Below, one piece after another: positions 27,639-35,594 of a stretch of 37,747 nt of DNA. Made by a program: the position numbers and the translations under genes. The notes under the pieces are model-generated. The model was not told the DNA's origin. It saw nothing but the letters and a program-made list of their open reading frames with translations, and made no database searches. Position 1 is the first letter of the stretch; each line of letters opens with the position of its first letter. Source of the stretch: a virus (Duplodnaviria; Caudoviricetes); IMG/VR virus record IMGVR_UViG_3300047399_000078, positions 1-37,747 of that record; one strand, 5' to 3'.

Positions 27639-27954
27639 GGGCTGTCTCCATGAGATGAAGCAGGTCCTCCCAGAACATGATGGCCATGGGGCGCTCGCGG
27701 TCGTAGCGGAGCACGGCCACGGGCACGTCCTCGGGCTGGCGCGCCTCGTCGGCCTGAAGTAGCGCGGCCTTTGGACTGAGCGCCTTGCCGGTCTTCACCT
27801 CAATCCACCAGCCCGGCAGACCGACCACGTCGGGGGCGTCGGCCCCGTCTCGCGCCTGCCAGCCGCGGTGAGCGTCGACGCCGAAACGCGCGGCGATCTC
27901 CTTCGCGGTGGCGCGCTCGCCACGCTTTCCCTTCTCTCGTTCACTCCGTCCCAT
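27628..27954 (-). CDS. Holliday junction resolvase-like PD-(D/E)XK endonuclease
   Basis: KGKRGER...APDV...IEVK. Confidence 0.8.
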   Translation of the reverse strand: MGRSEREKGKRGERATAKEIAARFGVDAHRGWQARDGADAPDVVGLPGWWIEVKTGKALSPKAALLQADEARQPEDVPVAVLRYDRERPMAIMFWEDLLHLMETARAK

Positions 27955-28402
27955 CGTCGTCCCACACCTTTCCTGCGAGGCCCCAGTGGTCCCGCATGTC
28001 TGTCTCAGGAGGCAGGTCCCCCTCGTCTTCGAGTCGTCCACGGGCGTCGAGATCAGGCAGCGTCTCTGCGATCGCGATGGCCTCGTCCCAAGTCTGCGCA
28101 ACGGCGAGGCGGCTGACGCCTCGCTTGCGCGTGTGCGCGAGTCTCTTCGAGTGGGTGGCCCACTCGCGTTCCAGGTCGGCGAGCCAGCGTGGCCACTCTC
28201 GCTCGTCGGCGAGGAGGGCGACCACGAGGGGCGGGACCCGCTCCATGTGCTTGCGGCACCACGTCTCCAACTCGGCAGCCGTGCAGCGCGGGCGCTCGTA
28301 GGCGCGAGCCTGCCAGCGGAGCCAGAGCGCGCGGGCTTCGTTGGTGGAAATCCCAAGCAGGGCAGCGCCCTGCCTGGAATTGACCCAAGTGTGCCGGCTC
28401 AA
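27941..28402 (-). CDS. hypothetical protein with possible N-terminal HTH
   Basis: QGAALLGISTNEAR; TTGA overlap. Confidence 0.55.
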   Translation of the reverse strand: MSRHTWVNSRQGAALLGISTNEARALWLRWQARAYERPRCTAAELETWCRKHMERVPPLVVALLADEREWPRWLADLEREWATHSKRLAHTRKRGVSRLAVAQTWDEAIAIAETLPDLDARGRLEDEGDLPPETDMRDHWGLAGKVWDDDGTE

Positions 28403-28974
28403 AAGGGGAAGTCCTCGTTGGCGTCGTCGAAGTCACGGTCGACGGCGCCGTCGGCGAGGGCGGCCTCGGGCGTGTGCGCGGGGTCGCGCAGGATGGCGGC
28501 CCAGCCCTTCGCCAGGGACGCATCCCGCAAGTTGTACGTGACGTACTTGCGCTTCTCCTCGTCCGTGTCCTTGAGCGCCATGCTCGCCTTCCACTCGCAG
28601 AAGTCGGCGATGCGGTCGAGGTATTCGGGCGAGGTGAGGCTCATCGGCATGCCCGAGTAGGACTTGCCGTTCCACTTGGGCGGGTCGCGGCGGATGATGG
28701 GGTCGCCGGCCCAGTCGCCCTTGCCAGCGCCGCCGATCTTGCGGCACTCGGTGAGGGATGCGGCCCGCGCTCGCGGGATGCCGCGCCCGTCGAAGTGGGA
28801 GAGCCACTGCGCCGCCCACTTGGGGAGGTCGACGGCAGCAGCGTTCCCGCCGGTGGCGGCAGCGGCGGCCTTGGCCTGGCGCTGTACTTGGTCGAGCCGG
28901 TCCTGCATCTTCTTGAGGGCGGCTTCCAGGGTTGCGACGCGCACGTCGAGCGCGTCAATCACTTCGTGGTCCAT
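28399..28974 (-). CDS. protein with SSB-type acidic C-terminal tail (DFDDANEDFPF)
   Basis: C-terminal tip and position in the recombination operon; no OB-fold recognised. Confidence 0.55.
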   Translation of the reverse strand: MDHEVIDALDVRVATLEAALKKMQDRLDQVQRQAKAAAAATGGNAAAVDLPKWAAQWLSHFDGRGIPRARAASLTECRKIGGAGKGDWAGDPIIRRDPPKWNGKSYSGMPMSLTSPEYLDRIADFCEWKASMALKDTDEEKRKYVTYNLRDASLAKGWAAILRDPAHTPEAALADGAVDRDFDDANEDFPF

Positions 28975-30035
28975 GTCTCGTGCTCCGTAACTCGGAGCGC
29001 ACCGGCTCCGAACAGTTGACGCTCTACCTCTTCCAGCTTGCTCTTGTCCTTTCCTGCGGCCTTCTTGATCGAGGCCCAGGTGGCGGTCGGCTCGATGACG
29101 TGCTCCATGCCGTGCTCGCGCAGGATGCGCGCGCCTTCGGGAGTGACGTCGACGGTGCGCCGCGTCTGCTTGCCGACGCTGTACTTGCAGCCCTCACGGG
29201 TCGCGATGGCGCCGTGCTCGCGCACGTACGTCTTCAGGTTCGACTCGATGAGGCTGATGGCCTCGGTGGCGTAGGCGATGAAGGCGTGCGCCTGGGCGGC
29301 TTCATCCGCCGTCGCCACGGCCTCTGAGAGGCGCTTGATGTCGACTTTGCCCTTCGGAGCCTCCAGGGACAGGGCGGTCGACAAAACGTCGTTCTTGGGG
29401 CAGCTAAGCGCCGCAGGGCACCACTGGCACCACGCCCCGGGGGCGGGGAGCGGATGCTCCTCGGAGCGGCGACTCATGGCGGTGAGCATGGCCTGCGAGT
29501 GCAGGTCGAGTGCCGCCATGTCGAGTTCGCGCCGCACTTCGTTGTCGTCGGCGAGGAAAGCGAGGATGACGGTGACGTGGCGTGCCCCGGTGGTGAACCG
29601 GGTCAGCCATGCGTAGGTGGCGAGTTGCTCGTCGTAGCCGTCGTGCATGCGGCCGGTCTTCCAGTCGATGACGATGGCCGACGCCTTGTCGGGGCTGACC
29701 AGGATGATGTCGGCGTGTCCGACGACCTCGTCCTCGCCGGAGATGGAGCACCACTCCAGGGTCTGCTCGACCTGGAGTTCCCAGCCGGGAGTCTGCACGC
29801 GCAGCGTGGCGAGGTAGTCGAGCCCGGCCTGCATCATGCGCTCCTCGCGGGCGTTCTGGGGCAGATCGCCTTCGACGTTGGCGCCAAGGGCCTTGGCGAT
29901 GCCGTTGTGGACGCGGGTGCCGGCGAGGGCCTCCGGGCCGGACGGGGACTCGGGCCACTCGTGCGCCGAGAACCATGTGCAGTTGAGCCAGCGCTTCGTC
30001 GACGACGCGCGCAGCACGGGGAGGTGACGCACCAT
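28959..30035 (-). CDS. Cas4/RecB-like PD-(D/E)XK exonuclease (DUF2800-like)
   Basis: ASSTKRWLNC, GTRVH, VEQ, GHADII, IDWKTG, QLATYA, C-terminal CQWCPAALSCP Fe-S cysteines. Confidence 0.88.
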   Translation of the reverse strand: MVRHLPVLRASSTKRWLNCTWFSAHEWPESPSGPEALAGTRVHNGIAKALGANVEGDLPQNAREERMMQAGLDYLATLRVQTPGWELQVEQTLEWCSISGEDEVVGHADIILVSPDKASAIVIDWKTGRMHDGYDEQLATYAWLTRFTTGARHVTVILAFLADDNEVRRELDMAALDLHSQAMLTAMSRRSEEHPLPAPGAWCQWCPAALSCPKNDVLSTALSLEAPKGKVDIKRLSEAVATADEAAQAHAFIAYATEAISLIESNLKTYVREHGAIATREGCKYSVGKQTRRTVDVTPEGARILREHGMEHVIEPTATWASIKKAAGKDKSKLEEVERQLFGAGALRVTEHETWTTK

Positions 30036-30388
30036 CAGTTCTTCTCCTTCTGAAGCTGGTCGGCAAAGTCGAGGATGTCGCGGGCGATCTTCTTGATGTC
30101 CTCGATGCCCATGACGCACGCGCAGTCAGGCACGCCGCTGTCGTCGAAGATGCTGAACGTAAATATGGAGCCATCCGCACCAGGCTCTGGCTTAAACGAG
30201 CGGGAGAAGGCGAACGACAAGAACCCCGTGGGGCGGCCGATCTTCGGGCCGCCAAGCCTCTTGGGGATTTGGAACATCTTGTATCCAGTCTCGTACGCGA
30301 ACACCTCGCCTTCGAGGCCCATGTCGACGCCTTCGTGTTCGAGAACGAGCTTCCGCTGCTGCTCAAAGAACGCTTTTGAGAACTTCAC
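30035..30388 (-). CDS. hypothetical protein (GTG start, KFSKAFFEQ...)
   Basis: AAGGAG RBS, overlaps both neighbours. Confidence 0.65.
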   Translation of the reverse strand: MKFSKAFFEQQRKLVLEHEGVDMGLEGEVFAYETGYKMFQIPKRLGGPKIGRPTGFLSFAFSRSFKPEPGADGSIFTFSIFDDSGVPDCACVMGIEDIKKIARDILDFADQLQKEKN

Positions 30389-31179
30389 TGGGCGTCTCCT
30401 TCCGTGGTGGCGATGACGGCGGCGACGGCGGAGGCCGCCGCGGCGACGGCTTCGAGTTGCTCCTTCCGCGCGCGGTAGGCGCCGCGGAGCTTCGTCTGCG
30501 TGGCCTTGGTGAACTGGCGCTTCGCCAGTTGCTCGCCGATGATGACGAGCGCTGCGAGCGACGGGCAGCCCTCGATGGCCTGCACGAACTCCTCGACGGT
30601 GGCCGGGTCGATCTCGTCGTGCACGACCTCGGCTTCGATCACCGCCGCCACGGGCGCTGGCGACTTCAGCGACGTCGCCGGCGCAGCGTCGAAGTCCTGG
30701 ATCTCCTCGGGCGTGTAGACGCCGAGGACGCACGAAGGAAAGCAGGTGCGCACGCCTTCGGAGACGACGCGCGCCCAGAGCATGCGCCGGGGGTACTTGC
30801 TCCACATTTGCTTGCCGCCGAGGCCGGCCTGCTTGGCCGTCTGCATGTCCCACTTGATGCGCACGTTCGAGCCCTTCGGGTGAGCAAAGGTCGCGTCGCA
30901 CGCGCTGTCGTCGTACTGGTGCCACTCGACGGTGCCGCCCGCCGACTGGAAGCGGGCGAGCATGACCTCGGCCTTCATGGCCGGGCGCCCCTCGATGATA
31001 TGGTAGTCGCGCGCAGCGGCCATCGGGTGCAGGCCCTCGGACTGGGCGAGCATCATTAGGGCCATGGCCTGCTCGGGCGTCTTGGCCCCGAAGAGGCCGC
31101 TCTTGGCGACGGCGGTAGCGAGGCGCTCGACGTTGTCGAACGTCAGCGCGACGGAGTTGACGGTGGCGAGATTACTCAT
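30385..31179 (-). CDS. RecT/Bet-like single-strand annealing recombinase
   Basis: LATAVAKSGLF...GLHPMAA...IIEGRP...AKQAGL...WSKYPRRML...GVYTPEE. Confidence 0.8.
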   Translation of the reverse strand: MSNLATVNSVALTFDNVERLATAVAKSGLFGAKTPEQAMALMMLAQSEGLHPMAAARDYHIIEGRPAMKAEVMLARFQSAGGTVEWHQYDDSACDATFAHPKGSNVRIKWDMQTAKQAGLGGKQMWSKYPRRMLWARVVSEGVRTCFPSCVLGVYTPEEIQDFDAAPATSLKSPAPVAAVIEAEVVHDEIDPATVEEFVQAIEGCPSLAALVIIGEQLAKRQFTKATQTKLRGAYRARKEQLEAVAAAASAVAAVIATTEGDAQ

Positions 31180-31639
31180 GATCGGTTCCCTTCTGGATGG
31201 CTTTGTTAACCCTGAGCTGCTGATCGGGGTCTGGTAGCGAGACGTGGTGCTTGAGGTACATGAGGCGCGAGTAGAACCGCGCCGGCTTGCGGATATGGTC
31301 GCGCGCAGCGACGATGGCGCCGGCCTCGACGAGTTCAGCGAGTGGGCACTTGCGGCGCTGCTGCGCCTTGCCAATGTTCTGCGCGAAGCGCTCGTAGCCC
31401 TTGGCGCGAAGGTGCTGGCGGATCTCCTCCTTCGAGAGTCCGTGCTCAGCGACGTCGAGGCGGTCGAGGATGACGCGCTTGCCTTGCTCCCACTGGGCCT
31501 TGTCCATGGCTTTTAGGGGAACGGTGGCGGGGCGGATGCGCAGCCCCTCCTTCTCGCGTTGCACGAGCACTTCGAGCAGCGCGAGGATGCGCACGGCGTA
31601 GTGCTCGACCATCATGGCGAGTTCGTTGGGGCCGCTCAT
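31172..31639 (-). CDS. hypothetical protein, possible winged helix
   Basis: ILDRL...GLSKEEIRQHL...LAELVEAGAIV; GAGGA RBS. Confidence 0.6.
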   Translation of the reverse strand: MSGPNELAMMVEHYAVRILALLEVLVQREKEGLRIRPATVPLKAMDKAQWEQGKRVILDRLDVAEHGLSKEEIRQHLRAKGYERFAQNIGKAQQRRKCPLAELVEAGAIVAARDHIRKPARFYSRLMYLKHHVSLPDPDQQLRVNKAIQKGTDHE

Positions 31640-32271
31640 CGGATCCTCATGCGGTGCCACTTGTCGAGCAGCCCGTCGGCGACGAGGCTCGCGAGGGTGT
31701 TCAGGGTGACTACGAACTCCTTCTCGCACTCGCCTTCGTTGACGCGCGCCATGGTAAGGCCTGGCTTGTCGCCGACAACGGCGTAGACGAGCGTGACCGG
31801 GTAGCAGGGCAGCACGCCCTTGCTCCCCAGAGCGGCCCCGAGGACGCTCGGGGGCGGGTAGCGGTAGAACGCTTCCCACGGGCCGCAGGCGACGGCGGCC
31901 GTGAGCGCGTCGTAGCGCCGCACCTGGGCTTCGGTGAGGGCCTCCCAGCAGCGGATGGTCACGAGCATGACCGGCTGGCCAAGCTCATTGACGACCGCGC
32001 GGACCTCGCCGTCGTTGTCGTGCTTGTCGCGCAGCACGACCGAGACGGCTCGCTCGGTGAGGTTCCAGCGCATGCCGCGGGGCTCGTGGTGGAACCAGCC
32101 GTGCTCGAAGTCCATGTGCGGCTTGCGGGATGCCCGGGCCGTAATGACGGCCTCGTAGCACGCCCGCCAGTCGAACGGCGTCTTGCGCGGGATGTCGGCG
32201 GCCCACGCCTGCTCGAAGGCGCGGCCGAGGCGGATGGCCACGTTGCCGAGGGTGTCTTTGTCGATGGTCAT
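31636..32271 (-). CDS. hypothetical protein
   Basis: ATGA overlap, GAAGG RBS. Confidence 0.65.
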   Translation of the reverse strand: MTIDKDTLGNVAIRLGRAFEQAWAADIPRKTPFDWRACYEAVITARASRKPHMDFEHGWFHHEPRGMRWNLTERAVSVVLRDKHDNDGEVRAVVNELGQPVMLVTIRCWEALTEAQVRRYDALTAAVACGPWEAFYRYPPPSVLGAALGSKGVLPCYPVTLVYAVVGDKPGLTMARVNEGECEKEFVVTLNTLASLVADGLLDKWHRMRIR

Positions 32272-32498
32272 TCCTTCACCGGCGGCTTGAGGCACGACAG
32301 CGTGTGCACGAGCATTTGGCGCACGTTCTCCAGCGCACCGCCGATGCGGTGGCAGTGCCAGCCGTGCATGTAGCCGTTCTGCTCGTGACCGTGCAGCTCG
32401 GCCATGACAGCGCCGACCGCGTGGGCGTCGGGGCGCATGCCTTCCAGCATGCCGAGCATCATGGTGATGCTCTCTTCCATGCGTTCTCTCTTCCCCAT
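32268..32498 (-). CDS. hypothetical protein, first gene of the leftward operon
   Basis: ORF downstream of the leftward promoter. Confidence 0.6.
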   Translation of the reverse strand: MGKRERMEESITMMLGMLEGMRPDAHAVGAVMAELHGHEQNGYMHGWHCHRIGGALENVRQMLVHTLSCLKPPVKE

Positions 32499-32531
32499 CG
32501 TGTCTCTCTTGTCTGCCGTCGTTGGTGCGGC

Positions 32532-32566
32532 GTTGACAAGCTACTGTGTGAAGCTAGAATGTCAAC
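32532..32566. promoter_or_regulatory. overlapping divergent sigma70 promoters: + TTGACA-N16-TAGAAT and - TTGACA-N16-TAGCTT
   Basis: GTTGACA...TGTCAAC inverted repeat at the strand switch. Confidence 0.7.
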
Positions 32567-32636
32567 AGCATTGAGGGTGCTTTCTGCATCGCTCAATGCG
32601 CACCCCGGGAAATCCCGGCCTAATGGAGGATGGAGA

Positions 32637-32762
32637 ATGAAAGCAGTCGTGTTCGTGCTGCACACCTGGCCTGTCTGGCTCGGTGCGTGGGTGGGAGAGG
32701 GCCAGGGCGCTATGCTCGGGCTCGTGGCGTGGGCGATCCTGGTGACGGGAGGCCGCCAATGA
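32637..32762 (+). CDS. small membrane protein (41 aa)
   Basis: GGAG RBS, hydrophobic, stop overlaps next ATG. Confidence 0.55.
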   Translation: MKAVVFVLHTWPVWLGAWVGEGQGAMLGLVAWAILVTGGRQ

Positions 32763-33076
32763 GAGACATCAAAACCATGAAGGAGTTTCTTGAGGCAGCT
32801 CAGGCCGTGGTCGAAGGCCGCGGAATGGTGCACAAAGTGTGGGTAAACCCTGGCCGAGACATCCACTTCGTAGCCGAGACGTTTGGATCTTTTGGGAAAA
32901 TCACCCTTCATTATGAGCGGTTCGCGAATGGCGATTTCAAGTTCCGCGCATCGGTAGACATCAAGTGGGGTTACGACGGCGGAAACACAGCCGTCCTGCG
33001 AAAGCAGGCAGGGACGCTGTGCAGCGTGGCCGACATCATCGACACATGGGAGAACTTCAATGAAACGACCGCTTAG
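32759..33076 (+). CDS. hypothetical protein (MRDIKTMKEF...)
   Basis: GGAGG RBS, ATGA overlap. Confidence 0.65.
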   Translation: MRDIKTMKEFLEAAQAVVEGRGMVHKVWVNPGRDIHFVAETFGSFGKITLHYERFANGDFKFRASVDIKWGYDGGNTAVLRKQAGTLCSVADIIDTWENFNETTA

Positions 33077-33356
33077 CACCAACGACCCGTGCTCGCTGGC
33101 CGCGGCGGAGCGCATCGCTCCCCGCGTGGACAGCATCAAGACGCAGGTCTTGAGGTACGTGGAGAAGCATCCTGGGGCGACGTGCGAGCAGGCGACGCTC
33201 GACCTGAAGCTGAAGCACCAGACGGCGTCGGCGCGCTTCAACGACCTGGTGGCCGAGGGCAAGCTCGTCTTCGAGGTGCGGAAGGACGGCGGAGGCAGGC
33301 CGCTGCGGCACTACCGACTTGCCGGAGATCCCCGGCAGTTGGAGATGTTTGAATGA
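33060..33356 (+). CDS. winged-helix DNA-binding protein ending in QLEMF
   Basis: VLRYVEKHPGATCEQ...QTASARFNDLVAEGKL. Confidence 0.75.
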   Translation: MKRPLSTNDPCSLAAAERIAPRVDSIKTQVLRYVEKHPGATCEQATLDLKLKHQTASARFNDLVAEGKLVFEVRKDGGGRPLRHYRLAGDPRQLEMFE

Positions 33357-33694
33357 GAGAGCCGAGGAAGCTGAACGGGATTCCGGTGGAGTTCGTGTGC
33401 TGGACGTTCCAGTACAACAAGGACCGGATGAGTTACGACGAGCATCCGGTGCGCCACGGCAGCCGGAAGCTGTCGTTCGACGAGGCGCACCCGGAGCACT
33501 GGTGGTGCGAGCCGCTGAAGGACCGGCTGTGCCAGGAGTACACGCCGCGCCCTAATGACATGTGCCCGAACTGCAATCGGGTGCAGTACGAGTGGCAGCG
33601 GGAACACTTCCAGGCTCGGCGGCGTAATAGCGCCTCCGAGCCGGAGCCCGAGCCGGCAAGGCGTGGCAGGCGTGGCCAGGATCGCCGCGCCTAA
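33353..33694 (+). CDS. hypothetical Cys-rich protein
   Basis: ATGA overlap, CPNC motif. Confidence 0.6.
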   Translation: MREPRKLNGIPVEFVCWTFQYNKDRMSYDEHPVRHGSRKLSFDEAHPEHWWCEPLKDRLCQEYTPRPNDMCPNCNRVQYEWQREHFQARRRNSASEPEPEPARRGRRGQDRRA

Positions 33695-33728
33695 TGGGCG
33701 AACGTAATAGACCTGCCTAATAGACGAT

Positions 33729-33843
33729 CGCGTGTGCGCGCGGGCAGGCGCGCGCCACGCACGCACGTACGCACGCACACGCGCACCCGCAGGCGCGCAG
33801 GCGCGCGGGCACGCGCGGGCGCACGCGCGCGCACCTAGCGCAC
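33729..33843. repeat. largely alternating purine-pyrimidine low-complexity tract (CACG/CGCG/GCGC repeats)
   Basis: cacgcacgcacgtacgcacgcacacgcgcac...gcacgcgcgcgcac. Confidence 0.85.
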
Positions 33844-33995
33844 GGGCATGGGCGGAGCGCTCCGCGTCGACCGTGCGAGCGCATGCCGATTGCGGCGCCG
33901 CTACGGGGGCGCCAAGGGCGTTTTGCGCGTCGGGGCATGGTCGCCTAGTCCGAGGCGCATCGGAGCGTTTACGGGGCATCGTGGAGGCAAATGCG

Positions 33996-34025
33996 AAAAG
34001 CCCCCGGCGGGTTGGGCCGGGGGCT
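33996..34025 (-). terminator. intrinsic terminator of the leftward early operon
   Basis: perfect 10-bp stem AGCCCCCGGC/GCCGGGGGCT with a U-run on the minus strand. Confidence 0.75.
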
Positions 34026-34067
34026 CGGGTCAGAAGTAGCGCGCCCATATGAGCGCGAGGGCGAGCA

Positions 34068-34217
34068 CTAGGAGCACGGTTCGTCTAGCTCCCAGTGGAC
34101 GAGCCTCCCCCAGTGCCGCGGACACATGAGCGGGACGCGGGCGGGCGAAAGCGCGTATACGTGACCTTGCCAGTAACCGTGTGGTCCGTCGAAATGGCAG
34201 AGGTAGCGGCGGAACAT
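34068..34217 (-). CDS. 49-aa hypothetical protein absent from the ORF track (MFRRYLCHFDG...)
   Basis: TAATG coupling to upstream stop; fills the gap before the terminator. Confidence 0.55.
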   Translation of the reverse strand: MFRRYLCHFDGPHGYWQGHVYALSPARVPLMCPRHWGRLVHWELDEPCS

Positions 34218-34615
34218 TAGTACCCCATCCATTCCGCGTATACGTCACGGTAACGCCTGGACGCTTCCTCCCAATCTCCCAGGGATGGGGACCATACGTA
34301 GCGCCGTTCGCTGCTCCCGGGTCCGTCGCAGTCTCGCCACGCTTCGCGGACGGTAGCGGTAGCGGCGTCGTCGTCCGCGTCCCATTCGACGGCGACGTGG
34401 CACACGGAAAAGCCTTCGCCGTCCGCGTCATCGCTTTCGTCGATGTAGAGTGCCGCGCCGCGCGGGATGGTCCACACGGCTACTTCCGGTTCCGCGTCCG
34501 GGTAGCGTTTCGACACTTCCCAGACGAGCGCTACCGGTCCGCGCGTTTCCACGGCCGTTCGACGCGGATCGATATGTGCGCCGTCAAAGTGCTTTGACCA
34601 TGTAGGAAGGTTCAT
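34217..34615 (-). CDS. hypothetical acidic, Trp-rich protein
   Basis: ATGA overlap, GGAGG RBS. Confidence 0.65.
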   Translation of the reverse strand: MNLPTWSKHFDGAHIDPRRTAVETRGPVALVWEVSKRYPDAEPEVAVWTIPRGAALYIDESDDADGEGFSVCHVAVEWDADDDAATATVREAWRDCDGPGSSERRYVWSPSLGDWEEASRRYRDVYAEWMGY

Positions 34616-35265
34616 TCCGCAGCCTCCGCAACGATGCTAGCGGCCGGTGCGCCGGCGCGATCGCGGAGCCATTGACGGATCGCGTCCGGTTCCTCGACCT
34701 TCTCGAATCCGCGCATCGGCATGATGATCGAAAGCGTGCGAAAGCCGTCCGGAGACTCGGAAACCATCATAGCAGGCGAAAGCCTATCCTTCGCGGGCAG
34801 AAAGCCGACGGCGCCGGTTCGCTCACTGGTCAGAGCAAGGTGCGTTTCCGCGTGCTCGGCGATGTAACGCGCGTTAAAGGTCTGGAACGATCCGCTTTCA
34901 TCGGTCGCCGGCGGAATGACTTTGGCGACCGGCGGAAACGCGCGGTCAGTGGCGCGCGGTTCCACGCGGAGGACGCTACCGGCGCCGTCACTGAACGCGA
35001 GCACGTTACCATCTTCCCGGATACAGTACCCGTCTTTGGCCTTGGCGAGCTTGGCGCCTTTTGCGATTGCCTTGCCGTCATAAAGAGCCTCGAAGGGCTC
35101 ACCGTCACACTTGGACGATGCCGCGATCATGGTGTGACCATCGGTCGCGATCGAGAGGAAGGCGCCGGCGGACCATGAGAGGCGCACGCTTGCAAGATGG
35201 GGACGCGAAGCGTCTTTGGAACAGTGACGGGAGGCGGCGGCGAGGATGCGAGAGAGATGGTTCAT
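34612..35265 (-). CDS. truncated DNA polymerase III beta-clamp-like protein (domains II-III only)
   Basis: D-x-S-R-x-x-L, ATDGH, FP-x-x-x-x-VIP, FNARYI, SPA, IIMPMR motifs in DnaN order. Confidence 0.8.
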   Translation of the reverse strand: MNHLSRILAAASRHCSKDASRPHLASVRLSWSAGAFLSIATDGHTMIAASSKCDGEPFEALYDGKAIAKGAKLAKAKDGYCIREDGNVLAFSDGAGSVLRVEPRATDRAFPPVAKVIPPATDESGSFQTFNARYIAEHAETHLALTSERTGAVGFLPAKDRLSPAMMVSESPDGFRTLSIIMPMRGFEKVEEPDAIRQWLRDRAGAPAASIVAEAAE

Positions 35266-35278
35266 CGTGCTTTTCCTA

Positions 35279-35302
35279 TGTTTCCCGGCACCATGCCGGG
35301 GT
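35279..35302 (-). promoter_or_regulatory. conserved 24-nt hairpin motif, copy 1
   Basis: ACCCCGGCATGGTGCCGGGAAACA directly before the RBS. Confidence 0.6.
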
Positions 35303-35360
35303 CGGGCAGAGTCGCCCGCGGCAACGTGCGATCGATGAATCGCACGCTAGGCGGACGGTC

Positions 35361-35585
35361 CTACCCCTCGGATCGATAGTGCGAGCACTCGTCGTATGCC
35401 GCGGCGCGGTGGCGCGCCAAATGGGCGAGGATTCGCCGGCGAGTATGCGAATCAAGGGACGCCAAAGTCTCGTCCGCGGGAAACCTTGTCCGTTCGTAGC
35501 TTTGCCGGTATACGTTCCAAATCGTAACGGTACCGTCCCGGTGGAGAATCAATCCGTTCCGTCTCAGTCTATCGTTTGCACTCAT
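35361..35585 (-). CDS. hypothetical protein
   Basis: GAGGGG RBS. Confidence 0.65.
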   Translation of the reverse strand: MSANDRLRRNGLILHRDGTVTIWNVYRQSYERTRFPADETLASLDSHTRRRILAHLARHRAAAYDECSHYRSEG

Positions 35586-35594
35586 TGTCCCCTC

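Noticed and set aside
28959-30035. Cas4-like nuclease as a sign of a CRISPR system
   Set aside because: No repeat-spacer array or other cas genes; it sits with the annealase as a normal phage exonuclease
33311-34052. ORFs spanning the purine-pyrimidine tract
   Set aside because: ARAR/CACA low-complexity translations of a repeat; no RBS
35266-35360. Hammerhead ribozyme (GAAAC after a stem)
   Set aside because: No CUGANGA core on either strand
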